The translations under genes and the position numbers were made by a program. Shown here one piece after another: positions 30,685 through 41,233 of a stretch of DNA of 64,000 nt; position 1 is the stretch's first letter; every line of letters begins with the position of its first letter. The notes under the pieces are model-generated. The model was not told the origin of the DNA. It saw only the letters and a program-made list of their open reading frames with translations, and made no database searches. The DNA comes from an uncultured delta proteobacterium. Lineage in GTDB: Bacteria > Myxococcota_A > Polyangia > Polyangiales > Polyangiaceae. The stretch is from contig CAWJCS010000006.1 of assembly GCA_963841435.1 (NCBI GenBank), forward strand, positions 832,001-896,000, read 5' to 3'.

Positions 30685-32957
30685 TCACCGCCCTTCCGAG
30701 CGACGGCGGGTGGCCCGCCGCCGCCGAGTCGCGAGCAGAAAGAGAAAGAGGGCCGCGAGCAGGCGCGGACGCTCGTGCGCCGTGCGTCGCGTCGTTCGGC
30801 ACCCGCAGCCGGGGTCGTGGCGCGTCATTGGCGGGTCGGTCCGCGTGACGCATCGGCCGCTCGGTGCGCAGCGGGTTCCCGGCGCGCAATCGGCGTCGTC
30901 ATCGCAGCCGCATTCGCAGAGCCCTTGCCCGTTGCAGCTCGGCCGCAGGCACGCCGCCGTCTCTTCACACGACTCGCTGCAGCAGACGCCTCCGACGCAG
31001 AAGCCGCTCGTGCACTCCGCGCGGGTCAAACATCGAACGCCGAGCACGGCCACGGCCGCGGGCCCGCACGTTCCGTCTCCGCCCTCGACCTTCAAATCGG
31101 CCCGGCAGCGTTCGCTCGCCGTGCACTCCCGATCGCAACAGAGCCCGTCCTCGCATTGCCCGCTCGCGCACGTGTCGCCGAAAGTGCACGGGCTCCCCAT
31201 CACCGCCGTCTCTGCTTCGCCGCACGTACCGTCGTGGCCCGTAACCTTGAGCGCTGCCGTGCAGGCCTCCGTCGCCGAGCATTCACGGTCACAGCAAACG
31301 CCGTCGGCGCAGGCGCCGCTTTCGCAAATGCCGCAGCCCGGGAGATAGCAGCCGCCGTCCGCCCCGCCGTCGCACGCCTCGCCCGGCCCCCGTCTCGGTC
31401 GGCACGTCTGGTCGGAGGCGCAATAGCGGCTCTTTGGGCAGTCTTCGTCGGCTTGGCAGGGCGCACACTCGACGCTCCGTCCGTCACAAACAAGGGTGCC
31501 GCAAGGTGGGCTTCCCTCGGAGCCGGCGGGGGAGACCAAGCAGAATCCCGTCGGTCGCGGCGCCCTCGGCGACGGAGCAAGCGCCGCACGACCCGGTGCA
31601 CGCGACGTTACAGCACCGGTCGTCAACGCAATGCCCGCTCGCGCAATCCGTGTCGGCCGAGCAGCCTTCTCCGTCGGCGAGCCCGAGCGAAAAGACGTAG
31701 CCCGTGCCACGAAGGTTGTCGTCGTAGTGCGCGCCGACCACGGCGTGCTCCGGGGCGAGCGCGACGGACCAGCCGAACAAGTCGTTGTAGGCCCCGTCGC
31801 CCGCGACGAGCTGCTCCTCCTCGGTCCAGTCGCTGCCGTCCCGGGCGAAAACGTAGGCTCCACCTCGCGAGGAGTCTTTCGCGTACGCCCCAATCAAGGC
31901 ACGCTCGGCACCGAGCGAAACGGCGCCGCCGAACCGGTCGCCATCGACCCCGTCGCTCGCGACGAGCTTCCGTTCCTCGCTCCAGCTGCCGCCGTTGCGG
32001 CCGAAGACGTACGCGGCGCCGCGCAGCGAATCTTCCCAATACGCACCGAGCAGCGCGCGGTCGGCCGCGAGCGAGACGGAGACGGCGAATTGGTCGCTGC
32101 TTTCCCCGTCGCTCGCGGCAAGCTTCTGCTCCTCGGTCCAGCTGCCGCCGCTGCTCAAGAAAGCGTACGCCGCGCCGCGACCCGCGTCGTGGCCCGGGGC
32201 CCCGACCAGGGCGAGCGCATCGGCCAGCGACACGGACCAGCCGAAGTCGTCACCCTCGACACCGTCGCTCGGAACGAGCCGCTGCTCCTCCGTCCAGCTG
32301 CCGCCGTTCCCGGCAAAGACGTAGGCCGCACCGCGCGCGGCGTCCTTCGCGTAGGCCCCCACGACGGCGTGGTCGGCCGCGAGCGACACGGACCAGCCGA
32401 AGTCGTCACCCTCGACACCGTCGCTCGCGACGAGCTTCTGCTGCTCCGTCCAGGTGCCGCCGCTTCGTACGAACACGTAAGCGGCACCGCGCGCCACGTC
32501 GTTGCCGTAGGCACCCACGAGAGCACGAATCTTTGCTGATGGCCACGGACCAGCCGAAGTCGTCGCCCTCGGCACCATCGCTCGCGACGAGCTTCTGCTC
32601 CTCGGTCCAGGTGCTGCCGTTCCTAACGAAGACGTAGGCCGCGCCTCGAGACGCGCTTTCGCCGAACGCCCCCAACAGGGCTCTCTCGTCGCCGACTGCC
32701 ACGGAGTAGCCGACCTGGTCGAATTCGGCGGCGTCGCGCGAGACGAGCTTTTGCTCGGCCCCCCAGACCAGCGCATCCACGCTCCGGGCGTAGGTCTCAC
32801 CCGCGTCGCCGCTCGGCACGGGCCCATCGCCGCCACCGGGCTCGAGCCGCGTGCCTCCCAGCCCTCCGCAACCGGACGCCACGATGGCGAGCGCACCGAC
32901 GCCGAGGGGCTTGAAGACCGCCTCGAGCGTCGTGTTCCAAATGGCCTCGGTCGTCAT
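30685..32957 (-). CDS. FG-GAP repeat, Cys-rich, MYXO-CTERM surface protein; frameshifts near 32528 and 31544
   Basis: About six WTEEQKLVASDG..GDDFGWSVSL...ALVGA...RGAAYVF repeats; C.SG.C.DG.CC repeats; GCGC...LLAALFLFLLATRRRR tail. Confidence 0.8.
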
Positions 32958-33215
32958 CCGACTCCGGGACTCTCGCGGTGTCGTCGCCCGCGCTCGCGGT
33001 GAGCACCGCGGGCTCTCCGGCGGCCTAGCCGCGCCTTTTTGCGCGCCACGCGGCCGACGCGTGCGAGCGCGCGCCGGCCCGTGACGCAGAGCGACGCGGG
33101 GCGCCGACGCCCGCGACCGCGTCGTCGCGCGAACCGCCGTGGGTACGCTCGCACGCACGAAACGTCCCGTTCGCCGATGGCTCGTCGAGCACTGAGCAGA
33201 CCTACCGTTTTCCCC

Positions 33216-33241
33216 ATGCGAACAAACGTCTGGATCGATCA
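33216..33241 (-). promoter_or_regulatory. Putative ECF promoter
   Basis: TGATCGA-TCCAGACGTTTG-TTCGCAT on the minus strand, upstream of the FG-GAP gene. Confidence 0.65.
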
Positions 33242-33546
33242 AAAAAAACGCGCCCCATGACTTTTGTCTCGCGCGGCGACACGAGCGTGCTCTCCGCAGA
33301 CGAGCGCACGCCGTGATCTGCCGAATGTCCTATCGACGACGACCAGCGCCTGATCAATACTGATCGAAAGCTCGGGCTCCCTCTCCAACCAGTCTTCGTC
33401 GGCCGAACCGAAGCGCTGCCGGAAATGAGCCCTGCTTTCCGAAAACAGACCGCAAGCGATCGTGCACTCGATTCGATCGGAAACGCTGTCCCTACCATTC
33501 ACCGGACGGCCCTGGCGTCACCCACGCTCGCGAGAAAGCAGACGAA

Positions 33547-34755
33547 ATGAATTGGCTCAACGTGCTTCGTTCCGCGGCGGTCGCCGCCCTCGCCTTCGTG
33601 CTCTTGGCCTGCGATAAGGGCGCAGTGGAATCGGAGGTCGAGTCCGCCGCTCCGGCGGCGGAGCCGGTCAAGGTCGGCGTCATCGCCGCTTTCTCGGGTC
33701 CGTTCGCCGACTACGGTAAGAACATCGAAAACGGCATGCGGACCTACCTCAAGATGCATGGCGACACCTTTGCCAAAAGGAAGATCGAGCTCGTCCTGAG
33801 GGACACCACGGGCCCCTCTCCGGAAGTCGCCAAGCGCCTCGCGCAGGAGCTGATCGCGCGGGACAACGTCAACTTTTTGGCCGGCTTCGGCCTGACGCCC
33901 AATGCCATGGCCGTCGCCCCCATCGCGACGCAGGCGAAGAAGCCGATGATCGTCATGAACGCCGCGACCTCGGCCATCACCACCAAGTCACCCTACATCG
34001 CGCGCTTCTCGATGACCTTGCCGCAGGTCACGGCGCCGATGGCCGAGTGGGCGGCGAAGAACGGCATCAAGAAGGTGTACTCCCTCGTCGCCGACTACGC
34101 GCCGGGCATCGACGCCGAAGGGGCCTTCAAGAAGGCTTTCACGGCCGCCGGCGGCGAGGTCGTCAACTCGGTCCGCGTGCCGCTGACAAATCCGGAGTTT
34201 GCGCCGTTCTTGCAGCGCATCAAGGATTCCAAGCCCGAGGCCGTGTTCATCTTCTTGCCCGCGGGCGAGCTCGGCATCGCGTTCATGAAGGCGTTCAACG
34301 AGCGCGGGCTCGCCAAGGCCGGCATCAAGCTCATCGCAACCGGCGACCTCACGGACGATCACGTGCTCGCGGCCATGGGCGAGCCGACGCTCGGCCTCAT
34401 CACGACACACCAGTACTCCGCAGCGCACGACTCGCCCGAAAACAAGGCCTTCGTCAAAGCGTTCGGGGAGCTCACGGGAGGCCAGCGCCCGAACTTCATG
34501 GCCGTCGGCGGTTACGACGGCATGGCGGCGATCGCCAAGATCGTCACGAAGCTCGAGACAAAGATCGACGGGGACAAGGCAATGGAGATCCTCAAGGGCA
34601 TGAAGCTCGCGAGCCCGCGGGGCCCGATCACGATCGACCCCGAAACTCGCGACATCGTTCAGACCGTCTACGTGCGACGCGTGCAAGCGGTCGGCAACGA
34701 GCTTTACAACATCGAGTTCGAAGAGTTCCCGAACGTCAAAGACCCGGGGAAGTAG
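33547..34755 (+). CDS. HAAT (Liv-type) ABC transporter substrate-binding lipoprotein
   Basis: LLAC lipobox; KVGVIAAFSGPFADYG, AGFGLTPNAMAVAP, VGGYDGM, SPRGPITIDPETRDIVQ. Confidence 0.9.
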   Translation: MNWLNVLRSAAVAALAFVLLACDKGAVESEVESAAPAAEPVKVGVIAAFSGPFADYGKNIENGMRTYLKMHGDTFAKRKIELVLRDTTGPSPEVAKRLAQELIARDNVNFLAGFGLTPNAMAVAPIATQAKKPMIVMNAATSAITTKSPYIARFSMTLPQVTAPMAEWAAKNGIKKVYSLVADYAPGIDAEGAFKKAFTAAGGEVVNSVRVPLTNPEFAPFLQRIKDSKPEAVFIFLPAGELGIAFMKAFNERGLAKAGIKLIATGDLTDDHVLAAMGEPTLGLITTHQYSAAHDSPENKAFVKAFGELTGGQRPNFMAVGGYDGMAAIAKIVTKLETKIDGDKAMEILKGMKLASPRGPITIDPETRDIVQTVYVRRVQAVGNELYNIEFEEFPNVKDPGK

Positions 34756-34778
34756 GCGGATTTTGCGCCGTGGCGGCC

Positions 34779-35645
34779 GTGATCGCTAATTTCTTCGGCG
34801 TCGTCTTCGACGGTATCGCTTACGGCGGCCTGCTCTTTGTCATCAGCGTCGGGCTGTCGGTCACGCTGGGTCTGATGAACTTCGTGAACCTCGCGCACGG
34901 AGCTTTCGCCATGCTAGGCGGCTACGTCTGCGTCGTCGCCATGTTGCGCCTAGGCGTGCCGTTCCTCCTGACGCTCCCGCTCGCATTCTTCGCGTCGGCA
35001 GCTGCGGGCGTCGTGCTCGAGAGGACGCTCTACCGGCGCCTCTACAAGGCGAGCCATCTCGATCAGGTGTTGTTCAGCATCGGGGTGACCTTCATGGCCG
35101 TCGCGACCACGAGCTACTTCTTCGGCCCGGCGCAGCAACCGGTTCACCTGCCCGCGTGGCTGCAAGGACAGTGGCACGTGCTCGGCCTCGACCTCGGCGT
35201 CTACCGGCTCTTTTTGATAGCCGTCGTCCTGGTCGTCACGGCGGGGCTCGGCTATCTCGTGCAGCGCACGCGCTTCGGCGCCCAGGTGCGCGCCGCCGTC
35301 GACAATCAAGACGTGGCCGCGGGCGTCGGGATCAACGTGAACCGTGTCTTCACGCTGACGTTCGCGCTCGGCTCGGGGCTTGCGGGGCTCGGCGGCGCCC
35401 TCGGCATCGACGTTTTGGGGCTCGACCCCACGTTCCCGCTCAAATATCTCGTCTATTTCCTGCTCGTCGTGAGCGTGGGCGGGGCCGGCACCATCAAGGG
35501 GCCGCTCGTGGCGGCGCTCGTGCTCGGTGTGCTCGACGTCACGGGCAAATATTACGTGCCAGAGGTCGGCGCGTTCGCGATTTACGTGGCGATGGTCGTG
35601 CTCCTGATTGCTTTCCCCGCGGGCTTGTATGGGCGACGCGCATGA
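34779..35645 (+). CDS. ABC transporter permease (LivH-like)
   Basis: GLSVTLGLMNFVNLAHGAFAM; TRFGAQVRA. Confidence 0.9.
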   Translation: MIANFFGVVFDGIAYGGLLFVISVGLSVTLGLMNFVNLAHGAFAMLGGYVCVVAMLRLGVPFLLTLPLAFFASAAAGVVLERTLYRRLYKASHLDQVLFSIGVTFMAVATTSYFFGPAQQPVHLPAWLQGQWHVLGLDLGVYRLFLIAVVLVVTAGLGYLVQRTRFGAQVRAAVDNQDVAAGVGINVNRVFTLTFALGSGLAGLGGALGIDVLGLDPTFPLKYLVYFLLVVSVGGAGTIKGPLVAALVLGVLDVTGKYYVPEVGAFAIYVAMVVLLIAFPAGLYGRRA

Positions 35646-36649
35646 CCGAAGAAGCAATGACGGCTGCGCCGTTGCGCACGAGCATCGAGCTCGGCCTGCC
35701 GCACGGCCGCTGGCACAAGGCCGAAGTCGCCTTCTGGCTCGTGCCGCTCGCCGTCTACTTCCTTTTGCCCGGCTATCTCGTGCTCGGTAGTCAGATCCTG
35801 ATCACGGCGCTGTTCGCGCTTTCGCTCGACCTCGTGCTCGGCTACGCGGGCATTCTTTCGCTCGGACACGCTGCCTTCTTCGGTGCGGGGGCATACACCG
35901 CGGGGCTGCTCGCCGTGCACGGGTGGAGCGAGCCGCTCACCGGGCTCGTCGTGGCCGGCGCCGTGGCGGCGGCGCTCGGTTTCGTGGCAGCCGTGCTCGT
36001 CGTCAGGGCCGAGGATCTCGCGAGGCTCATGCTCACGCTCGGCATCGGGCTCGTGCTGTACGAGGCGGCAAATCAGGCGGCAGCCGTGACGGGTGGCGTC
36101 GACGGCCTCGGCGGCGTCGCGATGGGCAAGCTGCTCGGCACGTTCGAGTTCGGCTTCGAGGGCAGGACCGCTTTCGTCTACAGCCTCGTGGTGCTGCTCG
36201 CGATTTTCTTGCTCGTCCGGCGGCTCGTGCATTCACCGTTCGGGCTCGCGCTGCGAGGCCTGCGCGAAGGCGCGCGGCGCCTCCCCGCGATCGGTGTGTC
36301 GGTGCGGCGCCTGCAGGTGTCCGCGTTCACGCTGGGAGCGGGCATTGCCGGCATCGCCGGCGCGCTGCTGGCCCAGACGACCGAGTTCGTGAGTCTCGAC
36401 GTGCTCTCCTTCCCGCGTTCGGCGGAGCTCTTGATCATGCTGGTGCTGGGAGGCACGGGGCGCCTGTACGGTGCGCTGATCGGCACGGCCGTCTTCATGG
36501 TCGCACGAGACCTGCTTTCCCGGCTGAGCCACGAGTACTGGCTGTTCTGGATCGGGCTCTTGCTCGTCGTGGTCGTGCTCGTGGCACGGGGAGGAATCAT
36601 GGGGGGCCTCGTGCGCTTGGGGGCGCACCTCGGCAGGAAAGGCGCATGA
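35642..36649 (+). CDS. ABC transporter permease (LivM-like)
   Basis: DLVLGYAGILSLGHAAFFG; SPFGLALRG; LVLGG.G. Confidence 0.9.
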   Translation: MTEEAMTAAPLRTSIELGLPHGRWHKAEVAFWLVPLAVYFLLPGYLVLGSQILITALFALSLDLVLGYAGILSLGHAAFFGAGAYTAGLLAVHGWSEPLTGLVVAGAVAAALGFVAAVLVVRAEDLARLMLTLGIGLVLYEAANQAAAVTGGVDGLGGVAMGKLLGTFEFGFEGRTAFVYSLVVLLAIFLLVRRLVHSPFGLALRGLREGARRLPAIGVSVRRLQVSAFTLGAGIAGIAGALLAQTTEFVSLDVLSFPRSAELLIMLVLGGTGRLYGALIGTAVFMVARDLLSRLSHEYWLFWIGLLLVVVVLVARGGIMGGLVRLGAHLGRKGA

Positions 36650-37398
36650 CTGACGTGCTGCGCGCTCGCGCGCTATCCAAGCGCTTCAGCGGCTTCGTCG
36701 CCAACGACGGCGTCGATCTTCGCCTGCCCCGCGGCGCGCGCCACGCCCTGATCGGCCCGAACGGCGCGGGTAAGACCACCCTCATCAATCTGCTCACGGG
36801 CGGCCTCGCACCGACGGCGGGGGACGTGTTTCTCGGCGAGGAGCGCGTCACCGGGCTGTCGCAGCACGAACGCGTGAAGCGCGGGTTGACCCGCACGTTC
36901 CAGATCAACACCTTGTTTCCAGGGCTCACCGTGCTCGAGTCGGTCGTGCTCGCGATCTGCGAGCGGCAGGGGCTGACGCGCGTCTGGCACCAGACCGTGG
37001 CACGGCAGCACGAGGCGATCGCAGAGGCGCGCGAGCTGCTGCGTGAACTGGAGCTCTCGAGCGAGGCCGACGCAGTCACGGGACGGCTCGCCTACGGCAA
37101 GCAGCGCCTCGTGGAGATCGCGCTCGCGCTCGCGACGCGGCCCAGCGTCTTGCTTTTGGACGAACCGGCGGCGGGCATCCCGTCGGAAGCAAGCCGCGAG
37201 CTCTTCGGCGTGCTCGAGCGACTCCCACCCGACGTCAGCGTCCTTTTGATCGAGCACGACATGGACATCGTGTTTCGCTTCGCCGAGCACATCACCGTGC
37301 TCGCGAATGGCAAGGTGCTGGCCGCGGGCCCGCCCGAAGCCATCGCCGCCGATCCGCGCGTCCGCGAAGTCTATCTCGGGGAGGCCGAGCATGACTGA
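36646..37398 (+). CDS. ABC transporter ATPase (LivG-like)
   Basis: GPNGAGKTT, LAYG, LLLDEP, IEHD. Confidence 0.92.
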   Translation: MTDVLRARALSKRFSGFVANDGVDLRLPRGARHALIGPNGAGKTTLINLLTGGLAPTAGDVFLGEERVTGLSQHERVKRGLTRTFQINTLFPGLTVLESVVLAICERQGLTRVWHQTVARQHEAIAEARELLRELELSSEADAVTGRLAYGKQRLVEIALALATRPSVLLLDEPAAGIPSEASRELFGVLERLPPDVSVLLIEHDMDIVFRFAEHITVLANGKVLAAGPPEAIAADPRVREVYLGEAEHD

Positions 37399-38092
37399 GC
37401 TGCTCGCGCTCGACGGCGTGACGGCCGGTTATGGCCACGCCATCGTGATCGAGGACGCTTGCCTTTCGCTCGAGAAAGGGCAGAGCCTGGCCGTTCTCGG
37501 GCGCAACGGCGTGGGGAAGACGACGCTGCTGCGGACGCTCATGGGGCTCACGAGGCTGCACGCCGGGACCATCCGCTGGTGCGGCGGGGATCTCGGAGCA
37601 ACGCCGACATACGCGCGCGCCGAGCTCGGCTTCGGTTGGGTACCACAGGAGCGGGGTATGTTTCCCTCGCTCACGGTCGAAGAGCACCTCACGGCGGTCG
37701 CGCGCCCGGGCGAGTGGACCGCCGAGCGCGTGCTCGACCTCTTTCCGTCGCTCGCGGCGCGCCGCCGGCACCTCGGAAATCGGCTTTCGGGGGGCGAGCA
37801 GCAGATGCTCGCGATGGGCCGCGCGCTCGTGCTCAATCCCCGCTTGCTCTTGCTCGACGAGCCCATGGAGGGGCTCGCGCCCATCGTCGTCAAAGACATC
37901 GTGCGCATCGTTCGCGAGCTCGTTTCCGACGCGGCAATGGCCGTAATCCTGGTCGAGCAGCACGCGCGTCTCGCGCTCTCGCTCACGGAGAGCGCCGTCG
38001 TGCTCGAGCGAGGGCGCATTGCACATCGCTCGCGGAGCGCCGAGCTCTCGAACGACCCCGAGCGGCTGCGGCGCTTGGCCGCCGTGGGGTAG
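37391..38092 (+). CDS. ABC transporter ATPase (LivF-like)
   Basis: GRNGVGKTT, LSGGEQQ, LLLDEP, VEQH. Confidence 0.92.
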   Translation: MTELLALDGVTAGYGHAIVIEDACLSLEKGQSLAVLGRNGVGKTTLLRTLMGLTRLHAGTIRWCGGDLGATPTYARAELGFGWVPQERGMFPSLTVEEHLTAVARPGEWTAERVLDLFPSLAARRRHLGNRLSGGEQQMLAMGRALVLNPRLLLLDEPMEGLAPIVVKDIVRIVRELVSDAAMAVILVEQHARLALSLTESAVVLERGRIAHRSRSAELSNDPERLRRLAAVG

Positions 38093-38227
38093 CCCCCAGG
38101 CGAGCCCGTCTCCACTCCCTCGCTGGCCGCGGGGTGCGACGTTGATCCCTCTCGTCATCGGAGTTCGGGGCTCACACAAAAATGACGGGCATGCCCGAAC
38201 GCGACGCGGAAAGAAAACCTCATTTCT

Positions 38228-38253
38228 TGATCGATTCGAGGCAACGCTCGCAT
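38228..38253 (+). promoter_or_regulatory. Putative ECF promoter
   Basis: TGATCGA-TTCGAGGCAACG-CTCGCAT upstream of the esterase at 38293. Confidence 0.7.
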
Positions 38254-38292
38254 GGGAAAGGCAGGGGCTCTCCGCCCCGCGGCTGATCAGCG

Positions 38293-39528
38293 ATGACTCG
38301 ACGAAGGATCGTAGCGGCTAGCATGGTTGGCCTCGCAGTGGCGCCATTCTTCGCGTGCACGAGCTCGACGAGTGACGAGGGTTCGAGCGCTGGGGCCGGC
38401 GCCCTGCCATCCGCTGGAACGAGCGGCGGCATGCTCGCCGGCAGCTCCGGCAGTCCGACAGGCGGCACCGCAGGCGCGACGACCGGCGGCACGGGCGGGA
38501 CCGCCGCGGGCGCGGGCGCCGCGGGCACACTGGAAGGCGGAGGTTCCGGTGGCACGGATGCGGGAGCCGGAGGCGCGCTCGGTGGCGGAGGCGCGGGCGC
38601 CGCCGGTGCCGGGTCAGGAGGCGTCGGCGGCACAGGCGCGGGTGCGGCCGCGGGGACCGCGGGCGCGGCAGGTTCCGCGGGAGCGGCGGCGCAGGCGGGA
38701 GCAGGCGGAGCGAGCGGCGGGGGAAGCGGCGGCATGGCCGGCTCGGACGGAGGCGGCCCGTGTCCTTCGACGGGGACGCTCAAAGCCGGCGACCAGACGC
38801 TGATGCTCACCGTGGACGGGAACGATCGCTCCTTCCTCGTTCACGCGCCTCCTTCGTACGACGGCACGACACGCCTGCCGGTCGTCTTCGATTTCCACGG
38901 GCTCGGCGGCAACGCGAACCAGCAAAAAAGCCTGTCGGGTTGGGCGTCGCTCGGGGATACCGAAGGTTTCATCACGGTGTTTCCGCAAGGGCTCGGCAGC
39001 ACTCCCGGATGGAACGCGGGCGGGTGCTGCACGACCGTCGCCGACGACGTCGCCTTCGTGAGGGCCATGATCACGGAGCTGGAAAGCAAGGCGTGCATCG
39101 ACACCAAGCGCATTCACGCCACGGGCTGCTCGAACGGCGGAGCCATGTCGTTCATGCTGGCGTGCAATGCGGCCGACGTGATCGCTTCCGTGGCACCAGT
39201 CGACTTCGATTGCGTCGTCGGCGGCAGGTGCGCCCAGTGCGATCCCGGCCGGCCCATTACGGAAATTCAGTTCCGTGCCACCCAGGACCAGGCCGTGGAC
39301 TACTCGGGGGCCGAGCCGAATTTTCAGACGTGGGGAGGGATCAACATGTGCTCCGGCACGGCGGAGCCGCTATCGACCAACATGGCGTGCGAGACCTATC
39401 CGATGTGCGGGTCCGGCGAGGAAACCATCCTTTGCACCGTGCAGGACGGCACCCACTGCGCCAACTACCGGACGTTCATGATCCCCCAGGTTGCCTGGCC
39501 CGTCCTCAAACGCCATCCGCTGCCGTAG
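38293..39528 (+). CDS. PHB depolymerase/LpqC-like (CE1-like) esterase lipoprotein
   Basis: FFAC lipobox; PVVFDFHG, WNAGGCC, DDVAF, CID.KRI.ATGCSNGG. Confidence 0.85.
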   Translation: MTRRRIVAASMVGLAVAPFFACTSSTSDEGSSAGAGALPSAGTSGGMLAGSSGSPTGGTAGATTGGTGGTAAGAGAAGTLEGGGSGGTDAGAGGALGGGGAGAAGAGSGGVGGTGAGAAAGTAGAAGSAGAAAQAGAGGASGGGSGGMAGSDGGGPCPSTGTLKAGDQTLMLTVDGNDRSFLVHAPPSYDGTTRLPVVFDFHGLGGNANQQKSLSGWASLGDTEGFITVFPQGLGSTPGWNAGGCCTTVADDVAFVRAMITELESKACIDTKRIHATGCSNGGAMSFMLACNAADVIASVAPVDFDCVVGGRCAQCDPGRPITEIQFRATQDQAVDYSGAEPNFQTWGGINMCSGTAEPLSTNMACETYPMCGSGEETILCTVQDGTHCANYRTFMIPQVAWPVLKRHPLP

Positions 39529-39625
39529 GCTCAGAGCGAGCTCTCGACGAGGTGCTCGAGAAACCCAATGACACTTCCCCTATGTCGAGGCGACTCTCCA
39601 AGCGGCACGTCCGGAGGCGGCGACG

Positions 39626-40921
39626 ATGTCAGGTCGCCGTAAACACGGCTCGGTGGCCCGAGCACTCGCAACGGCGGCGGCGGTCTTCGTCCCGCCGGCA
39701 GCCCTGTCCTGTGCGTCTTCGGACGAACCCGGCACGGCGAGCTCGAGCGGTAAAAGCGGCGCTGGCGACGGCGGTGCAAGCAGTGGGGTCGCCGGGAGCG
39801 CCGGCACGCCCGCGGGATCCGGAGGGCAGGCAGCGGCAGGCGGCATCGCAGGCTCGATGTCGCTCGCCGGCGGCGGCGGCGCGGGCACGGCGGGCGCGCA
39901 AGGTGCAACGGGCGGCGCAGCCGCGTCCGCCGGCATGGCAGGCAGCGACGCGGGCGGCGTTGGTCTCTCGGGTGCGGCAGGCGCGAGCGGTGCGGCCGGT
40001 GCGGCGGGCGACGGCGGGAGCGCCGGTGCGGGCGGGGACGCTGGTTCGGGCGGCGCTTCGATGGCCGGCGCGGCCGGCGCGGGCGGCTCCGCTCCCGTGT
40101 CGTGTCCCACGACCGTGACGGCAACCCCGGGCGAAACGACGAAGACCGTCATGGTAGGCGGCATGGCGCGGACCTACGTCGAGCATGTTCCAACGGGCTA
40201 TACCGGCAAGACCCCCGTCCCCGTCGTGATCGACTTTCATCCGCTAGGCGGCACGGGCGCGACCTGGAAGGGCTCCACCGACTGGGGGAACCTCGCCGAC
40301 ACGCAGGGATTCATCGTGATCTGGCCCGACGGGATCGGCAACTCGTGGCACGTCGGGCGCTGCTGCTCGACGGCGCAAAGCCAGAACGTGGACGACGTCG
40401 CGTTCACGAGGGCGATGATCGGCGCGCTCCGGTCGGAAGCCTGCATCGACGACAAGCGCATCTACGCCACGGGCTGCTCCAACGGCGGCGGGATGGCCTA
40501 CAAGGTGGCATGCGACGCGGCCGACGTGATCGCAGCCGTGGCTCCCGTGGATTTCGACTGCGTCACGGGAGACACGGCCGACCCGTCCTGCGGCAGCTGC
40601 ACGCCGGCGCGACCCATCTCGGAAATTCAATTCCGCGGCACGAACGACACCGCGGTGCCGTACGGGGGCGGCAGCGGGCCGGCGGGCACCGTGTTCCCGG
40701 GCGCCGAGGATAACTTCTCGGAGTGGGGCGCCATCAACATGTGCATGGGCGCCGCGCAGCCGGTCGCGGGGCACACGGGCTGCGAGGCGCGCGGCGAGTG
40801 CAACGGCGACGTTGACACCGTGCTCTGCACCGTTCAGAACGGGACCCACTGCGGCAACTACCGCACGTTCGACATCGTGAACGTCGCCTGGGAGATGTTC
40901 CAGAGGGAGTCCCTCCCATAG
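39626..40921 (+). CDS. PHB depolymerase/LpqC-like esterase lipoprotein, tandem paralog of 38293
   Basis: ALSC lipobox; PVVIDFHP, DDVAF, RIYATGCSNGG, CTVQNGTHC. Confidence 0.85.
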   Translation: MSGRRKHGSVARALATAAAVFVPPAALSCASSDEPGTASSSGKSGAGDGGASSGVAGSAGTPAGSGGQAAAGGIAGSMSLAGGGGAGTAGAQGATGGAAASAGMAGSDAGGVGLSGAAGASGAAGAAGDGGSAGAGGDAGSGGASMAGAAGAGGSAPVSCPTTVTATPGETTKTVMVGGMARTYVEHVPTGYTGKTPVPVVIDFHPLGGTGATWKGSTDWGNLADTQGFIVIWPDGIGNSWHVGRCCSTAQSQNVDDVAFTRAMIGALRSEACIDDKRIYATGCSNGGGMAYKVACDAADVIAAVAPVDFDCVTGDTADPSCGSCTPARPISEIQFRGTNDTAVPYGGGSGPAGTVFPGAEDNFSEWGAINMCMGAAQPVAGHTGCEARGECNGDVDTVLCTVQNGTHCGNYRTFDIVNVAWEMFQRESLP

Positions 40922-40954
40922 TCGTGTGTCCGCGTGTGCTCTCGTGCTCGACAC

Positions 40955-41110
40955 CTCGCTCCATCGCCTGGGCATCGAGCACGCGGTAGTCGGCGTTTTC
41001 GATACCGAGCTCCGCCCCCCGCTTTCGTGTCGCCTCGACCAAGGCGGGGGAAAGATTGGCCGCGAAGCCACCAACAAGGCCGCGCGCTCTGCAAACCAGC
41101 TTTGCGCTGG
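40955..41110 (-). pseudogene. Fragment of a class I SAM methyltransferase
   Basis: NLSPALVEATRKRGAELGIENADYRVLDAQAME with no surrounding full ORF. Confidence 0.5.
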
Positions 41111-41233
41111 GCCGTCCCAGGCCGCGCGTATCTCGGCGGTGGCTTTGGCTCCGCGAGGCGGTGGCTCGGGCTCGAAAGGCCGCTCGGGCCGAAAGGTGAG
41201 CGCGAGGTGGGGTCCCGTGCCTCTTACCAAACG

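Noticed and set aside
31700-32760. Regularly spaced DNA repeats as a CRISPR-like array
   Set aside because: They are degenerate ~53-codon FG-GAP coding repeats with no unique spacers and no cas genes
33361-33386. Extra copies of the ECF motif (TGATCGA at 33361; CCGCAT near 5703; GTCGCAT near 47233 on the minus strand)
   Set aside because: Only one half-site present at the required spacing
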